From positions 1,488,001-1,552,000 of the forward strand of contig NC_047074.1 of the NCBI RefSeq assembly GCF_902459465.1: a DNA stretch of 64,000 nucleotides, read 5' to 3'. The position numbers were made by a program, and so were the translations under genes. The notes below the pieces were generated by a model. It was not told the DNA's origin. It saw nothing but the letters and a program-made list of their open reading frames with translations, and searched no databases. This document shows, piece after piece, positions 1 through 15,100 of the stretch (its first letter is position 1; every line of letters begins with the position of its first letter). Origin of the DNA: Asterias rubens. Lineage: Eukaryota.

Positions 1-122
1 TTCCACAAGCGGCCAACAATGCTCGGAGAATATCCCTTGCGAAAGCAAAAGCTCTTTTAGACACTTGGTGGCTGGAGGAGGCTTAGGGGGGATTATTGTT
101 GAACAGTAAAGAGCGCCCTCTA

Positions 123-3100
123 TCATCCATCCAAGGGTTCGCCGAGGTAAACCATGGTTACTTCCGTGTTTCCGTACACAGCCGATATTGCCGGGAAAAG
201 CTGCTCGTCCGGAAGACCACGGAAGGCCACCCCTAGGTATTCATATCCCCGCTCAAAGGCCAAATAGTTGTCCTCCATGTCTAGAATAACCCGTATTTTA
301 TCACCGACCTGAGGACGAAAAAAATAAATAAAATAAAATAAAAACTGGAATGTTTTTAATTTTTTTAAACCCTGATTTGTAAATACGTATTTGATGTGGT
401 TCTACCCACTCACTGTGACTAAGTGCTTTCCCGAGTGCTGTGTAAAAAATCCTCAGGCATAGGCCTATCTTAAAGTCAAACTTTTGAACAGGCACCCGGG
501 CCAAAACCAAGAGTAGGGGCAAGGGAGGCCCCTGGTGTAATTTCAGGCCTGTATTATTCTGCTGGGAATCAACATCACAGGCTTTGCCATTCTATAGCTG
601 TCCTACAATGTATCATACCACTGACAGTTCGACTCCCATATTTTAGCAGTGGGTACTGCAACAATTTTGTTTACACAAAGCAGTGTATGGCTTTTAAAAC
701 CAAATTCTCCATCCCAGTCCCGATATAAATTTTAAACATGTAAATAGCTAAAAATTGGTTGAACAAAACACTGAAAAAAAGGGGAAGTTTCAATTGACCG
801 ATTAAGATGTGAGTGAATGTCGCTCTCGGACTCTTAAGAAATGAAAGGCATCAATGCAATTGTGCTGCTGGAATTGAGATTATAAATTAGAAGAAGAAGA
901 AAACCAACAGCCTGCAGTTAAATTCATCTGATCTTTTAAAATAAAATAAATTTATCACAAGAAAAAAAAAACATCTCCCTGTTTTTCCCATTTCACGCCT
1001 CTGGGGCAAACGCAAAACAGTTTTATTATGCCTTCAATTTTTAATATGGTAATTTCTTATAACACGCTTATGGTCGGGGTCAGACTGCCTGTCTGGAGCC
1101 AGTAGGCTGGTCCCTCAGGCAAAGTGGAAAGTGAATGAAAGAGGGTTGGCACGACTCAGCCTCACAAGCATGTGCTAAAAATGCTTCATTAATTACTGGT
1201 GTGTGCCAAATCGAACAAACGCCTGAGAGTTAAAGTATAATTGGGTCCCCTGTCTACAAGTTAAATAAGAAAAGGCACCTCAGATGGGTCATCGCACATT
1301 AAAAACTCCGTGGAAAGTCAAAAGAAGTAAACATGACCCCAAATATTTGAATACTGGAAACAATATTCAGATGTATCAGAAATATGTTTTGCTCTGGTAC
1401 ACACAGCCACATAGGTACACTGTAGTGTACTATGAGGTTTGTTCTTCCTCCATGGTTATAGGCACTGGGGTCGCCTAGGAGATATACTCGTCCTAAGTTG
1501 GGACGAGTAACTGGTCCTAACTCGAAATAAGACTACATGTAAGTCCTAACTCCTTGTGAAATCCACCCCTGGGGTGGGGTGGATCTCACAAGGAGTTAAG
1601 ACTAGTCTTACATCTTGACTTAGGATGAGTTACTCGTCCTGACTTGGGACTACCCATGCAATTTGTATCTCCTAGGCTAGTCCTAACTCTTTGTGAAATC
1701 GACCCCTGGACACTTTTGGTGTCAAAGACCAGTATCCTCACTTGGTACATGTATCCCACACATACATGTACTGCTGGGGCTGAAACAGGGTTTATAATAT
1801 ATATACACCCTTTCTAGCTTTTACAGCACAAAATAAGCTTTTAAAGCACAACAAAATTATGTTGACCAGAACATAAGATCAGCCAAAACAGCATGTCACA
1901 AGTACCATTTGTGGCTGGTTTCCTGCTCAACTCTGCTAAGCAGGAAGTTCTTAAGCAATATTTTCTTCTTAAGCAGCTCCAAAAAATTGGGACCATGATG
2001 TACAAATTGACTCAACCACTATTGATTTTTCCTGTGCTACATAGTGTGCATGATCTACAATGTATATATGCAACGGGATTCAACCTCACACATGAACCTA
2101 TTTTTATATTGGCATAAAAAATGAGTAATGCCGTTTTGACTCCTTCCCTTCCCTCCATAATCAATACCAAGCATGCAAGCAAGTTATTTAGGGTCTACGA
2201 CCTACACACACAATGTATATCAGTGTGTAGTAGACGCCTAACACCATTGCAGTTCATGCAGGGTTCAGCTCCGTGCCTGCAAATATGGATTGCAAATCCC
2301 CATGGCAACGCTCATTGTGCTTCTCCGGAGATGCCGTTCATTACAGACAACAATGGTACGCACTTAGAGAGAATAAATCGAGAGAACGCGGTGGGTATTG
2401 TTTGCCCGATGCATACAGCGTAAGAGTGGACGTGGGCTTGCCTTACAAGGAGCGATGCATAAATATTACTTGTTCTTGTTTAAAGTATTTTATCAAATTC
2501 ACTGAAAGGGGCTAAGCTTAGGGGGTCATTCACGGTTATCAACATTTTCACAAGTACCGTACACTTTAATACCCCCTCCCCCCTAAAATTGTAGACAACA
2601 TGTAGCTCTTGTATAAACTCCGCCTGGCCGGGCACTGTACTCTCAACTAACACATTCAAACCCTTTGACGCCAAACACAAATTACTCGTAAACAGAAGCT
2701 GCTTTCAATATTCATGAGAACAGCCAGACTCTAAAGAAGGTTCACGTATACTTTGTACCCCGAAGGCACTTTCTAGAAGGTAAACAACATTCATGACATA
2801 TTTTTGCCAAACAATACAAAAATAACCCAAAACAAAAGGCAAGAAAGGGGAACAAAAGGGAAGACCAGGGTAACATAAAAGGAAGTACCCAAAAATTACT
2901 TTCTTTGTACATTGAAGGCACTTTTCTAAAAGGTACTTGTACAAATATTTATTTTACATCATTTTGCCAAACATAACCAAAGGGAAAAAACCTCACATCT
3001 TCAGCTTGTAAAAAAGGGGGTGAAAAGGGCCTATTCTTGCCTCGAAATTGCGTGGTTTTCATTTTACCTTGCGAACTATGACAGTCGGCCATTTGTAGGA

Positions 3101-6100
3101 GTAAAAAATGTTACTCCCATAAATGGCCGACCAAGTTAGTCGACGAGGTAAAAGGAAAACTGTTTGTGTGGATCATTGTTCTCTACTTTTACAACATCTT
3201 TCCAACCAATGCATTTTATAACAAACGGTTGTAAACGCTTTTTATAGACCAACTCGACCGATCCAAGGCAACGTGTTCCTTTAATGCTCTTTTGCTAAAG
3301 ATTTCTTTGCTAAGCAAAAATTGAGTGGGGCACCAGTCACAACAATGTAAACTAAAAATAATTTTGGCTGGTAACCTGTTTCTGTTACAAAAGCCATAAT
3401 TGTCTGTGCTCAGCAAGTTTTTCTGCTTACAGGCTTATGAAATTGGGCCCTGGTTGAAACAACAGTCAACAATGCCTCAATGTGTGAACAATGTACACAA
3501 ACCTGGTCCCAATTTCATAAAGCCTGTAAGCACAAAAAATTGCTTAACAGAAACAGATTACATTAAGTCTCCATTGCTGTGACTGGTGCCCAACTCAATT
3601 TTTGCTTAGCAAAGAAATTTGTCAAGCACAATTTTCTGCTTTTAAAACAGCTCTATGAAATTGGGTACAGTCGAATGATTGTTGTAGACTCATCATCAAC
3701 TCACCATTCTAACCTCTTTGCTCACACCTAATTAACAATCAAGTCGTTAAATCAATAGATTGGCACAGAGTAACTCCACTAATCTGAACTGACAGTGTGC
3801 ACTTGCACTTAATGGTACCCCCCAAAAAATCAATGGTTACACTGTTAAGATAATTGGTTTCTCAGGTGCTCCACTTATCAATATAACGCCATTAGATTTA
3901 CATAAACCTAGTACATAACTTTCACTCCACGGTTTTCTGAGATTTACGAAAACAAATGGGTTTAGAGTATATAATAATAATAATAATATTTTGTTTTTAT
4001 GTACATATAGCGCTTTATACAATGTGTCTCAATGTGCTAACCAACATTATTACCCCTTCATCACTTGGCCTTTTCATTCCTTAAACCATCACAGCTCCCC
4101 TGGGGAGTATACAAGCTTTGCTGCCAAACATGTACATCGCACTAAACTAAATCAATCACAAGAACCATCTCTACCTTCACAGGTACCCATTTGCATGTAC
4201 CCCTGGGTGGAGAGAAGCAATTATAGTCAAGTGTCTTTCTCAGGGGCAAAGGTACATTCACGACTGGGATTCGAACCCACAATCTGCATGCTGAACAGAA
4301 ACACCAGAGCTTGAGTTCGGTGCTCTTATCTGCTCGGCCACGACAATGGAAACATCAGGGAAATCTCCAGAGTGTTTTGAATGATTACGTCTTTATAAAT
4401 CACTTTGTTGGAAATGATGCCATTGTGGCCGCAGCCTCGAGGACCGTGAATTTCCAGGGCACATCCTCAAAACTAGACCAAACAGCGAGAAGTCTCTGTG
4501 GAGTATCTTTCAGAATTAATGATTGTTATAAATCACTCATACCCTCGTTACGCTCGGCACTGATTATTAATCGGCTACAGCTGAGCCATGCACCCGTACT
4601 TCCTCCGGAATTTCACGATGCGTAATTGAGAGGGCAGGATACATGTACAATCAAATATCGTTTATTACTGTATCACACCCTTATGGGAGCTCCTGCTGTG
4701 GTCTTTAAAGGGCTTATAAATGGAAAATGGAACCTTCTAGAAGCAATCAATATCAACCATCCACATTGTAAGGAAAGGTACACACACAAAATTAATACTT
4801 CACAGAGGCAACAGATGGTGAATGTTTCGCATGTATTCTACATGTTTGTCCATTGAGTAGGGCGCCCTCAGAGATCAAAAGAAGGTTGCTTATTGGTCCA
4901 TCCTATGCGCCACGCATATTTACATGTGCAGAAATTAGCTTTTGCTTATAAACTCTGTTACATGTACATGTAGCCTACTCCAGAGGGAGTCCTTTCCCAG
5001 TGTTTTATACTATCAACAGCTCTCCTTTGCTCATTACAGAAGCCAGTTTTTATGCTAATTAGTATATTTTGAGTAACTACCAAATCTGTCCAGTACCTTC
5101 AACGGAAGTCGTGTAAAAGTGCATTGGCCTTATTAACTGCATCATAGGATTACTATCCAGGCCTAGTACATGTATCAGGCATCATGTATCAAACCTGCAT
5201 GATGTACATGGGTGCTTCCGAGGATCATCAAGAGGTTAAGGGTTGAAATAAATCCCTCCATCTTCCACCTGACTAATGTCTCATCTTATTCATTATTCAC
5301 TTCCCTTCATGTAAATAAGAGGATGCTCCAAATTTCCTGTGGAAGTGGAACATTTGCGCACATTCTGTTTGTCATGGGTATGAGTTCGGGAAGAGCCAAA
5401 ATTGTTCCCACATACATATACACTGTACACATGTGTACAACCTTGTTCTCAAAGAACACACTATTATCATCAACACCTAGCCCTTGAATTTCGTTCTTGA
5501 AGGGCCACAGCAATTTTACTATGGTATGTACATGTAGATGATAGACTAAAACATTAAGGAATCCCCCCACAATGTATACAACATCGCCAAGGGCATCGTG
5601 AGCAGGTAAACAAACACTGATTGATAAAACCATGCTTCTTTAATTTAGACACAAATTCTCTTTTTTAGTTTTGAGTGATCTGAATCTAAATGAGTAAGGA
5701 TAAAACCATGATACTGCAGGGCAGACTACATCCATACTCACATGCTAGGCAACGACATGAACGATGCGATCTTGCATTGTAACATATTCGCGTGCCTCAC
5801 CAGTAACTAATCTAATTTATAAAAATCTTTGTTGACTCACTTGGTCAACAAGGAGCAGAGAATGTCTTCTGATCTTGGAGGCAAGCCAGCTGATGCCCGC
5901 GGGCACCTGGGTAGCTTGCCTCATAACCCGAGGCCAGGGGTTCACCAGTGAACTGGCCTGCACTTGAATCTTACGCTAAACCACTTAAAGGTGCACTCAG
6001 TGCCGATTTCATAAAGCTGCTTAAGCACAAAAAGTAGCTTAGCACGACAAAATTATGCTTACCAGAGTTAAGGTTACATGTCCAATTTATGACTGACCTG

Positions 6101-9100
6101 CTCATATCTGCTTAGCAGACAATTTTTAACACTACACACTTAAGGTGCACTCAGGTGAGCGATTACAGAGTGGCTATGTCCAGGCCTGGAATTACAGGTA
6201 GGCCATGGAGGCCATGGGCTCTGTAGCCCATGGTCTTGGCCTTGGTGCCCTCCAAAAAATATTTCCCCCGTTTAGAAAAAAGATGCCTGAAACAAAATTT
6301 TAATTTGCCTTTTTTGTAAAGAAAGCATTTAATGGTAGATGTGTATACTTTCTAGTTTGAATAGTCTGGCCCAAGGCTTTAAAACATTTCTTTACTGAAA
6401 CACTAAACTCTTGCCAGCGGTCCGGTGAGCATTTCGTGTCCCGGCCCATATTCAGTCCCTTTAATCACACTCAGCTCCAATATTTAATTTAAGAGATGAA
6501 ATCATATATTTTTCTCTGATTCATAAAATCTAGGATTACTAATCCGTCCCTTGTGTAAAGGACCAGACATGCCATGAACGCAACCTTCAGAATTACTCAA
6601 AAAAATTGAATCGCCATTTCAGGCTGTAAGTGGTAACTTAATCCAAGCATTTCCCTAGGGTATCATCATTTTAATTTTTTTTTTTAGATTGCAGATTTTA
6701 AGTTGCAGAATTTGTAGGGATCAATGACCAAATCAAGGGGAAAAAATTTGCATATTCAGGGAGAGATTTCGTCTAATGCACAGCAAAATTTTAAACACTG
6801 CAAATATTGAGTGGCAAAGTTGTGATTTTGTTGTTTACTTAGCATCAAACCACACTTTGTAGCTCAATATACAGTGCCAACATGTAGGAAGATAATATTT
6901 ACAAAAGCAAAAAAAAATAAATTACATTATTGAAAATTAAAAGGTGTGCCTTTCTAAAACAAGCTGATGACAATCAAATATTTCCCAACCCGGGCAATTT
7001 CTAGTTTGCAGAAATTGCAGGAATATTGAAAACTGCATGATAAAAATGATGCTGAAAGAGGCATGGTCCTTGGGAAAAAGTAGTCCAATTTGTTTGAGTA
7101 CAAGGGCTGACCTAGATTTTTTACTTGAAGTTGCGAGATATTAATGAAAGAAAAAAACACCCTTGTTGCACCATGGTCACACAAAGTTGTATGCTTTCAG
7201 ATGCTTTCTAATTCTAATCTGAGGTCTCAAAATCAAATTCGCGGAAAATTACTTCTTCTCTCGAAAAACTACGTCACTTCAGAGGGAGCTGTTTCTCACA
7301 TTGTTTTATACTATCAACCTCTCCCCATTACTCGTCACCAAGTAAGGTTTTATTGCTAATAATTATTTTGAGTAATTACCAATCGTGTCCACTGCCTTTT
7401 ATCAACAAATTTCTTACTTTGCCCTTTCAGACTGAAGTAGGAAGAATATCATGCCTGTTGAAAGAATGCATTTAAAGCTAATAGTTAGCAGTAAATTCGA
7501 AATTTATATTGGAAAATAATTAAAGCGACAGTAGAACAATCATTCCATTACTCAGCTGACAGTAACGATATCCGCAGAGTACATACACGTACTGTACATT
7601 GCTCACGAAATGTCAACATGAATAATTAAAGGAACTGTTCCGACAACACAACATGGTGGGGTCAATTAACGAGCTAACACACGCCTTCTAACGGCCCCCC
7701 ATACGGCACACTGCATAGCACCCATGTAAGTCATAGCGCAAGTCTCACTAATTAGGGACAGTGGGACTGTGTCGTTAATTAGTTGTCGCAATTAATGTAC
7801 CCTCATTCCGGTTCTTAATGCCCCGGGAAAATATGGCTGTGGAATGAATAAATTTGGTCTCCGCTCGGCTAGGAGCAAGACTGTATAAGGCACAAGCGTG
7901 GGCGTTAATACAATGTTTATGTACAGTCAGGCCTGATACTTCACGGATGCAAAGAAGGCGATTACCTCAATGCCCCCTAGTCTTTGCCTTGGTGCCCTTG
8001 AAATGCTCCAATAGAAATTTAGAGTTTCCTCATAGGGTGCCCTTTACCAAGGAGAAAATGCCTTGGTGCCCTTGCCTCTTTAAAAACGAAGCATACATGT
8101 ACAGGCCTGTACAGTGAATTAACACGTGCGATACACACGATGTACATTGTACATGTACATACTGTACATCCCACACGTCATGCATACAATGAACCTGTAC
8201 TTGTACTAATTTTCAAAAAATTTATACAGCTTTTTTCCAGGGTTCTCCCCATACACAAGCCAGCGTATCGAACCAATACATGTAAACTGCCTGCCGATAC
8301 GCGCACATTTCAGCCGCTACACCAAATAACGTGTCAGGCCACAGAATTGGCGCTTACGGAAGCAGGGAATTCTGCGCTAGCGTCAAGCGTATTTCATGGG
8401 TTAGCTAGGCATGCTTGCTTGTGCTCCTTCTAACTCCACGCAACATGTAGGCGCATTCTTCGCTTACACAGCTAGCGCAGAAATTTGACTGTTACACAGT
8501 AAGCAATACATGCAGGTACAGAGCACAAAGAATGCTAAGCATAAGCGCATAATTCATGGTACATTTTGTAAGCAGAGCCATGGAAGACAGCTGTTATATA
8601 CATGTACACAAATGACAAGAAGGTTATCCCAAGCAAAATCAACTTGGATGAACCAACTTTGACCTGAGGCAATAAGCCAATATATCACCACAGAGCCTTC
8701 GGTCATGGTAAACTAGGCTAGTCAAGAGTAAAGTCGTTGTCAGGTGAGTGGGTTACCGATTCTCCCGAAGGAAGGACCGACGAGAGAGAGGTTCTGGTGG
8801 AGAGACGCCATGACCCGGTAGGAGCTGTCGGGTGTAAATTGAGATTGCGATGGAGATAGAAGCAAGATTGGATTTCATCGCTCCTTGTCTCGGACAATGT
8901 TTGTCAGAAGGTAGAGGTCACTGTGGCCTTTGAAGATTTTAGAGATAAAAGATGAAGGGAAAGATGCTGTAACAGGGTTATTTTTAGAAGAAGCTTAACT
9001 GGTAAACAACTAGTGTTTTTTTAAGAATGTAATATGCAGGGGGTGTTTTTTTAAGAATGTAATATGCAGGGGCTAAGCAACAGCTGCTCTTTAAAAAGGG

Positions 9101-12100
9101 TTTGGGTACTTTTTGTACAGCATAAAACAAAAACGTCAACAGATTGATACTAAACTTATCACTGTTTTATGTTGATCAATGATAGAAAGCTACCCTTTAA
9201 AAAATATTTGTTGATGAGGTGCTGTAGTTTTTGAGATATTCACAAAAATAATTTTCATCTCAGTGAGATGAAAATTATTTTAGCAAGTTCATTGGATTGG
9301 GCGACTCTCCTGAAGACATTGTGATTGTTTTCAAAAACTTGAAGATACGTGAAGCTGCAACTTCTACAGGTACACATGTATAGGCCTAAATGTAAGTTAC
9401 ATTAACTTCTTAAAGTTCAAAGTCATTGGGGATTCATGTCATGGCCATAAACTTTATCTACAAAAGGTGTCTATTAAACCCTTTAAAACATGCATCGGAA
9501 GTACAGATAAGTGTACACGTACAGATTGACCAACCTCCCTACATACATGTACCAGTGTACGTAATGTACGAACTTTACTTTTTTCAATGTCTTTAGTGTT
9601 TATGGCGTAAATGCACTTGCTGCATACGCACACGAGTTCAGACTGCAACATCATCAATGATTCATGTTACCAGGGTTCAATGATAAATGTTCCTACTTCA
9701 AGTCCAGACATGTTCCTTCTCGATGCTCTGAGCAGCTCAGTATCTAATCGGAGATGGGGCAATCTTCAAGACAAGACATTGTCTCAGGAAATAAAAAGGT
9801 TTTATAGGGCGTGTAATATAAAGTCAACAGTCCATCTCATCCTCCAATCTTGGACAGCTAAGTATTTAGGCTAAGCATGTTTGTACAACACTGTACGCCG
9901 AGTTGATTTTTAGCAACTGACGTTTTTTTAGCAGCAACCATGGCAACCAATTGAAGGCCTTTAAAGCATTTAAATTTGACTAAAATAGGAAGATCTGAGG
10001 TTCAGAGCATATTGTAAACACGTAGACACATGATCACGCAAATGAACAGATACAATGTTTGATACACTGCGACATCATCACTTACTGTAATGCACCGACT
10101 GACAAAGCGCGCAAAAGCACTCAACGAAACTCTAGCTGTGAAAACAGTCAGTGTAACATTCCACTATAAATTCTTGACATTTTTTTATACAAGTTTAATG
10201 TACTGATAACACAGGACACCCATCTATTTTTAGTTCATGTAATTCACTGTATACTACCCAGTGTACTGTATTCATAATTTTGGGAGACTGTGTGTACTAA
10301 TACAGTTCAAGTACATACATGTAATACACTGTACACATGTGTAGTGGGGCACAGCAAATTTCCTCTGATCAGAGGTACTTCTAAGAAAAAAAAATGTTGT
10401 ATTGGAACTTTGCAAAGAGCACCACAACTACATGTTTTTAAAGCACGTAGGGCACCATGGCAATTGTTGTGGGTGCCTTGGGTTTTGTACATGATTACAC
10501 TTCCAGTATCTACACCCACACCAATTGCCTCTGTTGCCCCTGTTCATTGCCTTGGTGCCCCTTCAAATGCTCAAATAGAAACTTGGAAGTTCATCTTACG
10601 TAGAGGTGCCCTTTACCAAATAGAAAATGCCTTGGTGTCCTTGACCTTTCAAAAAACTCAGCAATAAACATGTATGCCTACATGGTATACTGATGGTTGT
10701 TTTCCACTTTTCTACGGCGAGTGCCCCTGGCAATGTAATTGCAAGGCTCAGGCTCCCCAAATCATATGCCTGGGGTAGCAGTTACTTACGTTGGCGCTGG
10801 CGGAACTACGATTTATTTATTCATAGATGTAATTGTACCATATGATTGCTTCATTGCTTGAGTCTATTGCTTATTACAATGTACTATCATCCTTGAGATC
10901 TCCAGGATGTATTCTTATACATTTGTAATATGTATCCTGAATAATTCGAGAGTAAAAAAGCAGTACAACCTGGCTTGACACTACATGTATTGGTTTACTC
11001 AAAATATTGTTTAGCATTTTAACTCACTTGGTTACAAGCAGTGGGGAGCTGTTGATAGTATTTAAAGGCAGTGGACACTATTGGTAACTACTCAAAATAA
11101 TTATCAGCATAAAACTTCACTTGGTAACGAGTAATGGGGAGAGGTTGATAGTATAAAACATTGCGAGAAACGGCTCCCTCTGAAGTAATGTAGTTTTCGA
11201 GAAAGAAGTAATTTTCGACGAATTTGATTTTGAGACCTCAAGTTTAGAATTTGAGGTCTCGAAATCAAGCATTTGAAAGCACACAACTTTGTGTGACAAG
11301 GGTGTTTTTTTCTTTCATAGTTATCTCGCAACTCCGACGACCAATCAAGCTCAAATTTTCACAGGTTTGTTGTATGCATATGGTGAGATACACCAAGTGA
11401 GAAGACTGGTCTTTGACAATTACCAATAGTGTCCAGAGTATTTAAACAAAAGAAAAACATACAGGCCTGCAGAGAAGTGTCTGGGTGCCTTTTGGACACC
11501 CTGTTTTATTTGTCACGTTTGTTTACATGCATATGTTCAGACAAGATGTATGTAAAATGTGTTGCAAGTGAACAATATGGAACCCCATTTCTTTCAAGTT
11601 TCCAGCAAATTTGGACACCATTTACCAAATTCTGTTTTCCCTGTCTAACATGGCCTCCTACAATACATGTAGTATACATTAGGCCCAAATGCAATTCATT
11701 GCCAGGATCGGAAAATATCCCAGTACACCTCCTGCACAAGACACAGCACATGTTTCCCCATCCAAGTGTGAGTTAATTGATGCGTGTGCTAATTGCTCCA
11801 CAGTAACAAACAAACTCTACGTCATACACGTAGTCTTGAGTCATCCTGGGCAGACTGTTAGACCGTGCTACGCGTTCTCCAAGTAATGAATGATGAAGTC
11901 GACATTTATTTGTATCCCTGTGCTGTATCAAGTGATGCGTACCCTGACAATGTGTGCCAATGGATAGTACAGTAGTACACCTATAGCCATGGTAAAGTCA
12001 TCTGCATTTCTAGATGCCACAATTATTTATCATTGCTAACAATAACCTAAAAGTTTGACAAACACGTTTTGCCTTGACACAAAATGAGGGTATTGTCAGC

Positions 12101-15100
12101 CAAAGGTTTGTCAGTTTGGGAGTCAAGTTGCGTAACGATAAGGTCAGCGTTCTCCCTTGGCCACTGGCGAAATACTAGAAAACACCAGAGTTCACCAGTC
12201 AGAATCCGCTCCAAGTGTTGATTGGTTTTTTTTCTTTTCATTATTTTCTTGCAATTTTGATGACCAACAGAGCCCAATTTTTCACAGGTTTGCTATAATT
12301 TCTTTTTGCATGGATTCGTTGGGACACACCAAGGATACTGGTCTTTTACAAAAGTACTCTACCAAAAGTACATTACCATGGCATTAGACCTCAATTTAAC
12401 ACACAGCCTCAAACAGCAACTGCCTTGGTGCCCTGAGCTTTTGCTGTGGTGCCCTTTGCAAGGTTTTAAAACAAATTTACATTTTCCTCGTAGAGAAGTG
12501 CCCCTTTACCATAAAGGATAATTGTCGTGCCCCTCCAAGAACGAAGTTCAAAGCCTGTATCTTTTTCCTTTTTTTCTTCTCTTTTTTTGTGTGTATATTT
12601 TTTTCTTTCCGTTCCTAGAACTAGACGGAAAGCTGGGGATAGCTCATTCTCCATAGCTGCCCCTCGCCTATGGAATGAGCTCCCCACAGGTCTGAGAGAG
12701 GCGACCTCGTTGCCTGTATTCAAAAGCCTCCTCAAGACATTTTGTTTGTTTGTTTTTCTTTTGTTGTCATAGTCTCATGTAAAGTGCTCTGTTCTCCATA
12801 GAGCGCTATATAAATGCTTCATATTATTATTATTATTTAAAATATATAATATAAATTCAAAGAAACAAAACAAGGGATATTGCTTCCCATGTTTTGACAG
12901 CGGAATGAATGTAGATTGACTCCTGTGAGGCTTCAGGCATTACAACCATTAGAAGATGAATGGCATATAAGTACACAGATCGAAATACTAGCGAGGTTTC
13001 GTAAAGGAGTTTAAGAAATACACAATTCTGTCAGCGGTTAATATAAGTTGGAATCATGATTGATGACAGATTTACACTTGGGGATAAGAGATAAAGAGGA
13101 TAGAATGGGAAGAGCACTCCATGCATCTTGGGAATAGAGGAAAAGATCTACCAAGACATGTTGTAAGAAGGGAATTCAACAAAGTGGAAAATCTTTACAA
13201 GAGTAGATGTAGTTAAAGAAGGGGTGGGGGGGGGGGTACAAGGTTTTACAAAGTCCACTACATCACGTTACAGACATTGAGAAAGAGCTCAACACCACTG
13301 GCCCTTTACATGTATACTTTTTGGCTAGTAAGAATCTAAAGCAGAGTGAAGTGTATGTTTTATAATTACAATTATTTTGAGTAATTACCAATAGTGTCCA
13401 GTCCAGTGCCTTCAAGTGTTACACCTTGAAAAAAAGGGAGTTCCCTTTCATCTACATGTAAAGCAATGCATTTGTGGGAAGGCAAGTTGGTGGGAAGGCA
13501 AGTTGAGCACTCATCGAGCCACCTTCCCCTGCATGTTGAAGTCTTGAAGAGTGATTGTGCGGTTTATGGGTTTTGACAAGTGCATACATGTACATCTAAT
13601 GTTGTATCAATTGTTTTTTTGTGAGCGCGTTATTGTGGGATTTGTGGTTTGTTTTAGCCTGGAGCAAAACTGTGCCATGTTCTGTTCTGTTAGTCCACAA
13701 AACTGGAATACCTAGTGGCTATACACTTGGTATAATGGGATGGTTGTGTTAAAGGAATGCAATTGCTACAACAGAGCACTGTAGAGAATGCAATGCATTT
13801 GATGGCCAACAGTTCAGTGCAGTGCTCTTCAACTTCAAGGGCTGGGAAGGGCCTTGGTGTCAAGTACAGAGTGCTTTTATTCTCATACAGTAACTTATGG
13901 AGACCGAGGACAATTTTTAAAAAAAAGAAGGGGGGTCTCAATTAGGGGAATTCTAAAGACTGGGATGCTCAACAGGGAATTTTGTGTACTTGTGAGAAAA
14001 TCACAGAATTGATCTGCATTAAAGGATTTGGGTACTTTTTCAAAATGTCCATAGATTTACATTAAACTTACATGTACAGGGTTTGACGATAATGATAGTG
14101 GAAAGCTTCCCTTCAAATATTACTTACTGAGGTGCTGTAGTTTTTGAGAAATGAGTAAAACAATGTCATTAAAATACGTTTGTAAATGCTTAAAATAATT
14201 TTGGTCTCATGAGACAAAAATTATTTTCATGACATTGTTTTACTCATTTCCCCAAAACTACAGCACCTCAGCACGTAATATTTTCAGGGAAGCTTTCTAC
14301 TATCATTATCTTCAAACTGTGTAAGTTTAGTGTAAATCTGTGGATATTGTGCTTTTTTGTCCTACATAAAGTATACACCCTTTAAGATAATTTAATAAAA
14401 TAAATCAATAAATTCAAATTTTGTTCAATAAATAAAGTCAATTAACGAGATAAACAGAAAAGAGTCTTTAACGAGTTCATGTGATAATTAAATACAAAAA
14501 AAATAAAAAAATAAGCAAAACATATTTGTTTGTTATTTTTTTAACAAACATAAATATTATATTTTTCAATTAATAAAAGAATAATAAATAAAATAATAAA
14601 CAGCAAAAAGTTTTTAATGGTATTATTATTTTACTAAAATAAAGTGAAAAAAAAAAACCGCTATAATATTATTTTCAATGAATAAATAGATGAAAAAAAA
14701 AAAAAAAAAACAGCAAAACGTTTTTACACGTAGTGAGCTAAAATAAATAAATTGAACAAAAAAATATTTTCAAATAATAAACATTAGCTAAGGCCTTCAG
14801 GTGGTTCATTTGTAATCATAGTTGATGTACCAACAGCTCAGAAATTTGTAACCATTGACTACACATGTAAACCCATTAATTGTTCAAATACAGACCATCC
14901 TTTAAAAAAATTACCACATACATGGGTCAGTGCCCCAAGAATTCTAATTAACTATTGAGTAATCAATGCCTATGGATGCACCACCCTCTTATAACAAAAA
15001 TCTTGCTCATAATCATAATCGGGTTCCGAGTAAAATATTTTACAATGAGTCAGAAGAAAACGACGAGAACGAAACGAGTCACTGACAGGTCAAGGTAGTG

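Noticed and set aside
8090-8290. High density of TACATGTA/TGTACA palindromic words
   Set aside because: They occur throughout the window, so they look like a genome-wide low-complexity bias and not a local signal.
5840-9790. Exon-like pieces in the FBXO45 intron (5840-5960, 8700-8970, 9660-9790) as a nested gene
   Set aside because: Isolated splice-like sites with no consistent phase chain and no recognisable protein. RNA-seq could reopen this.
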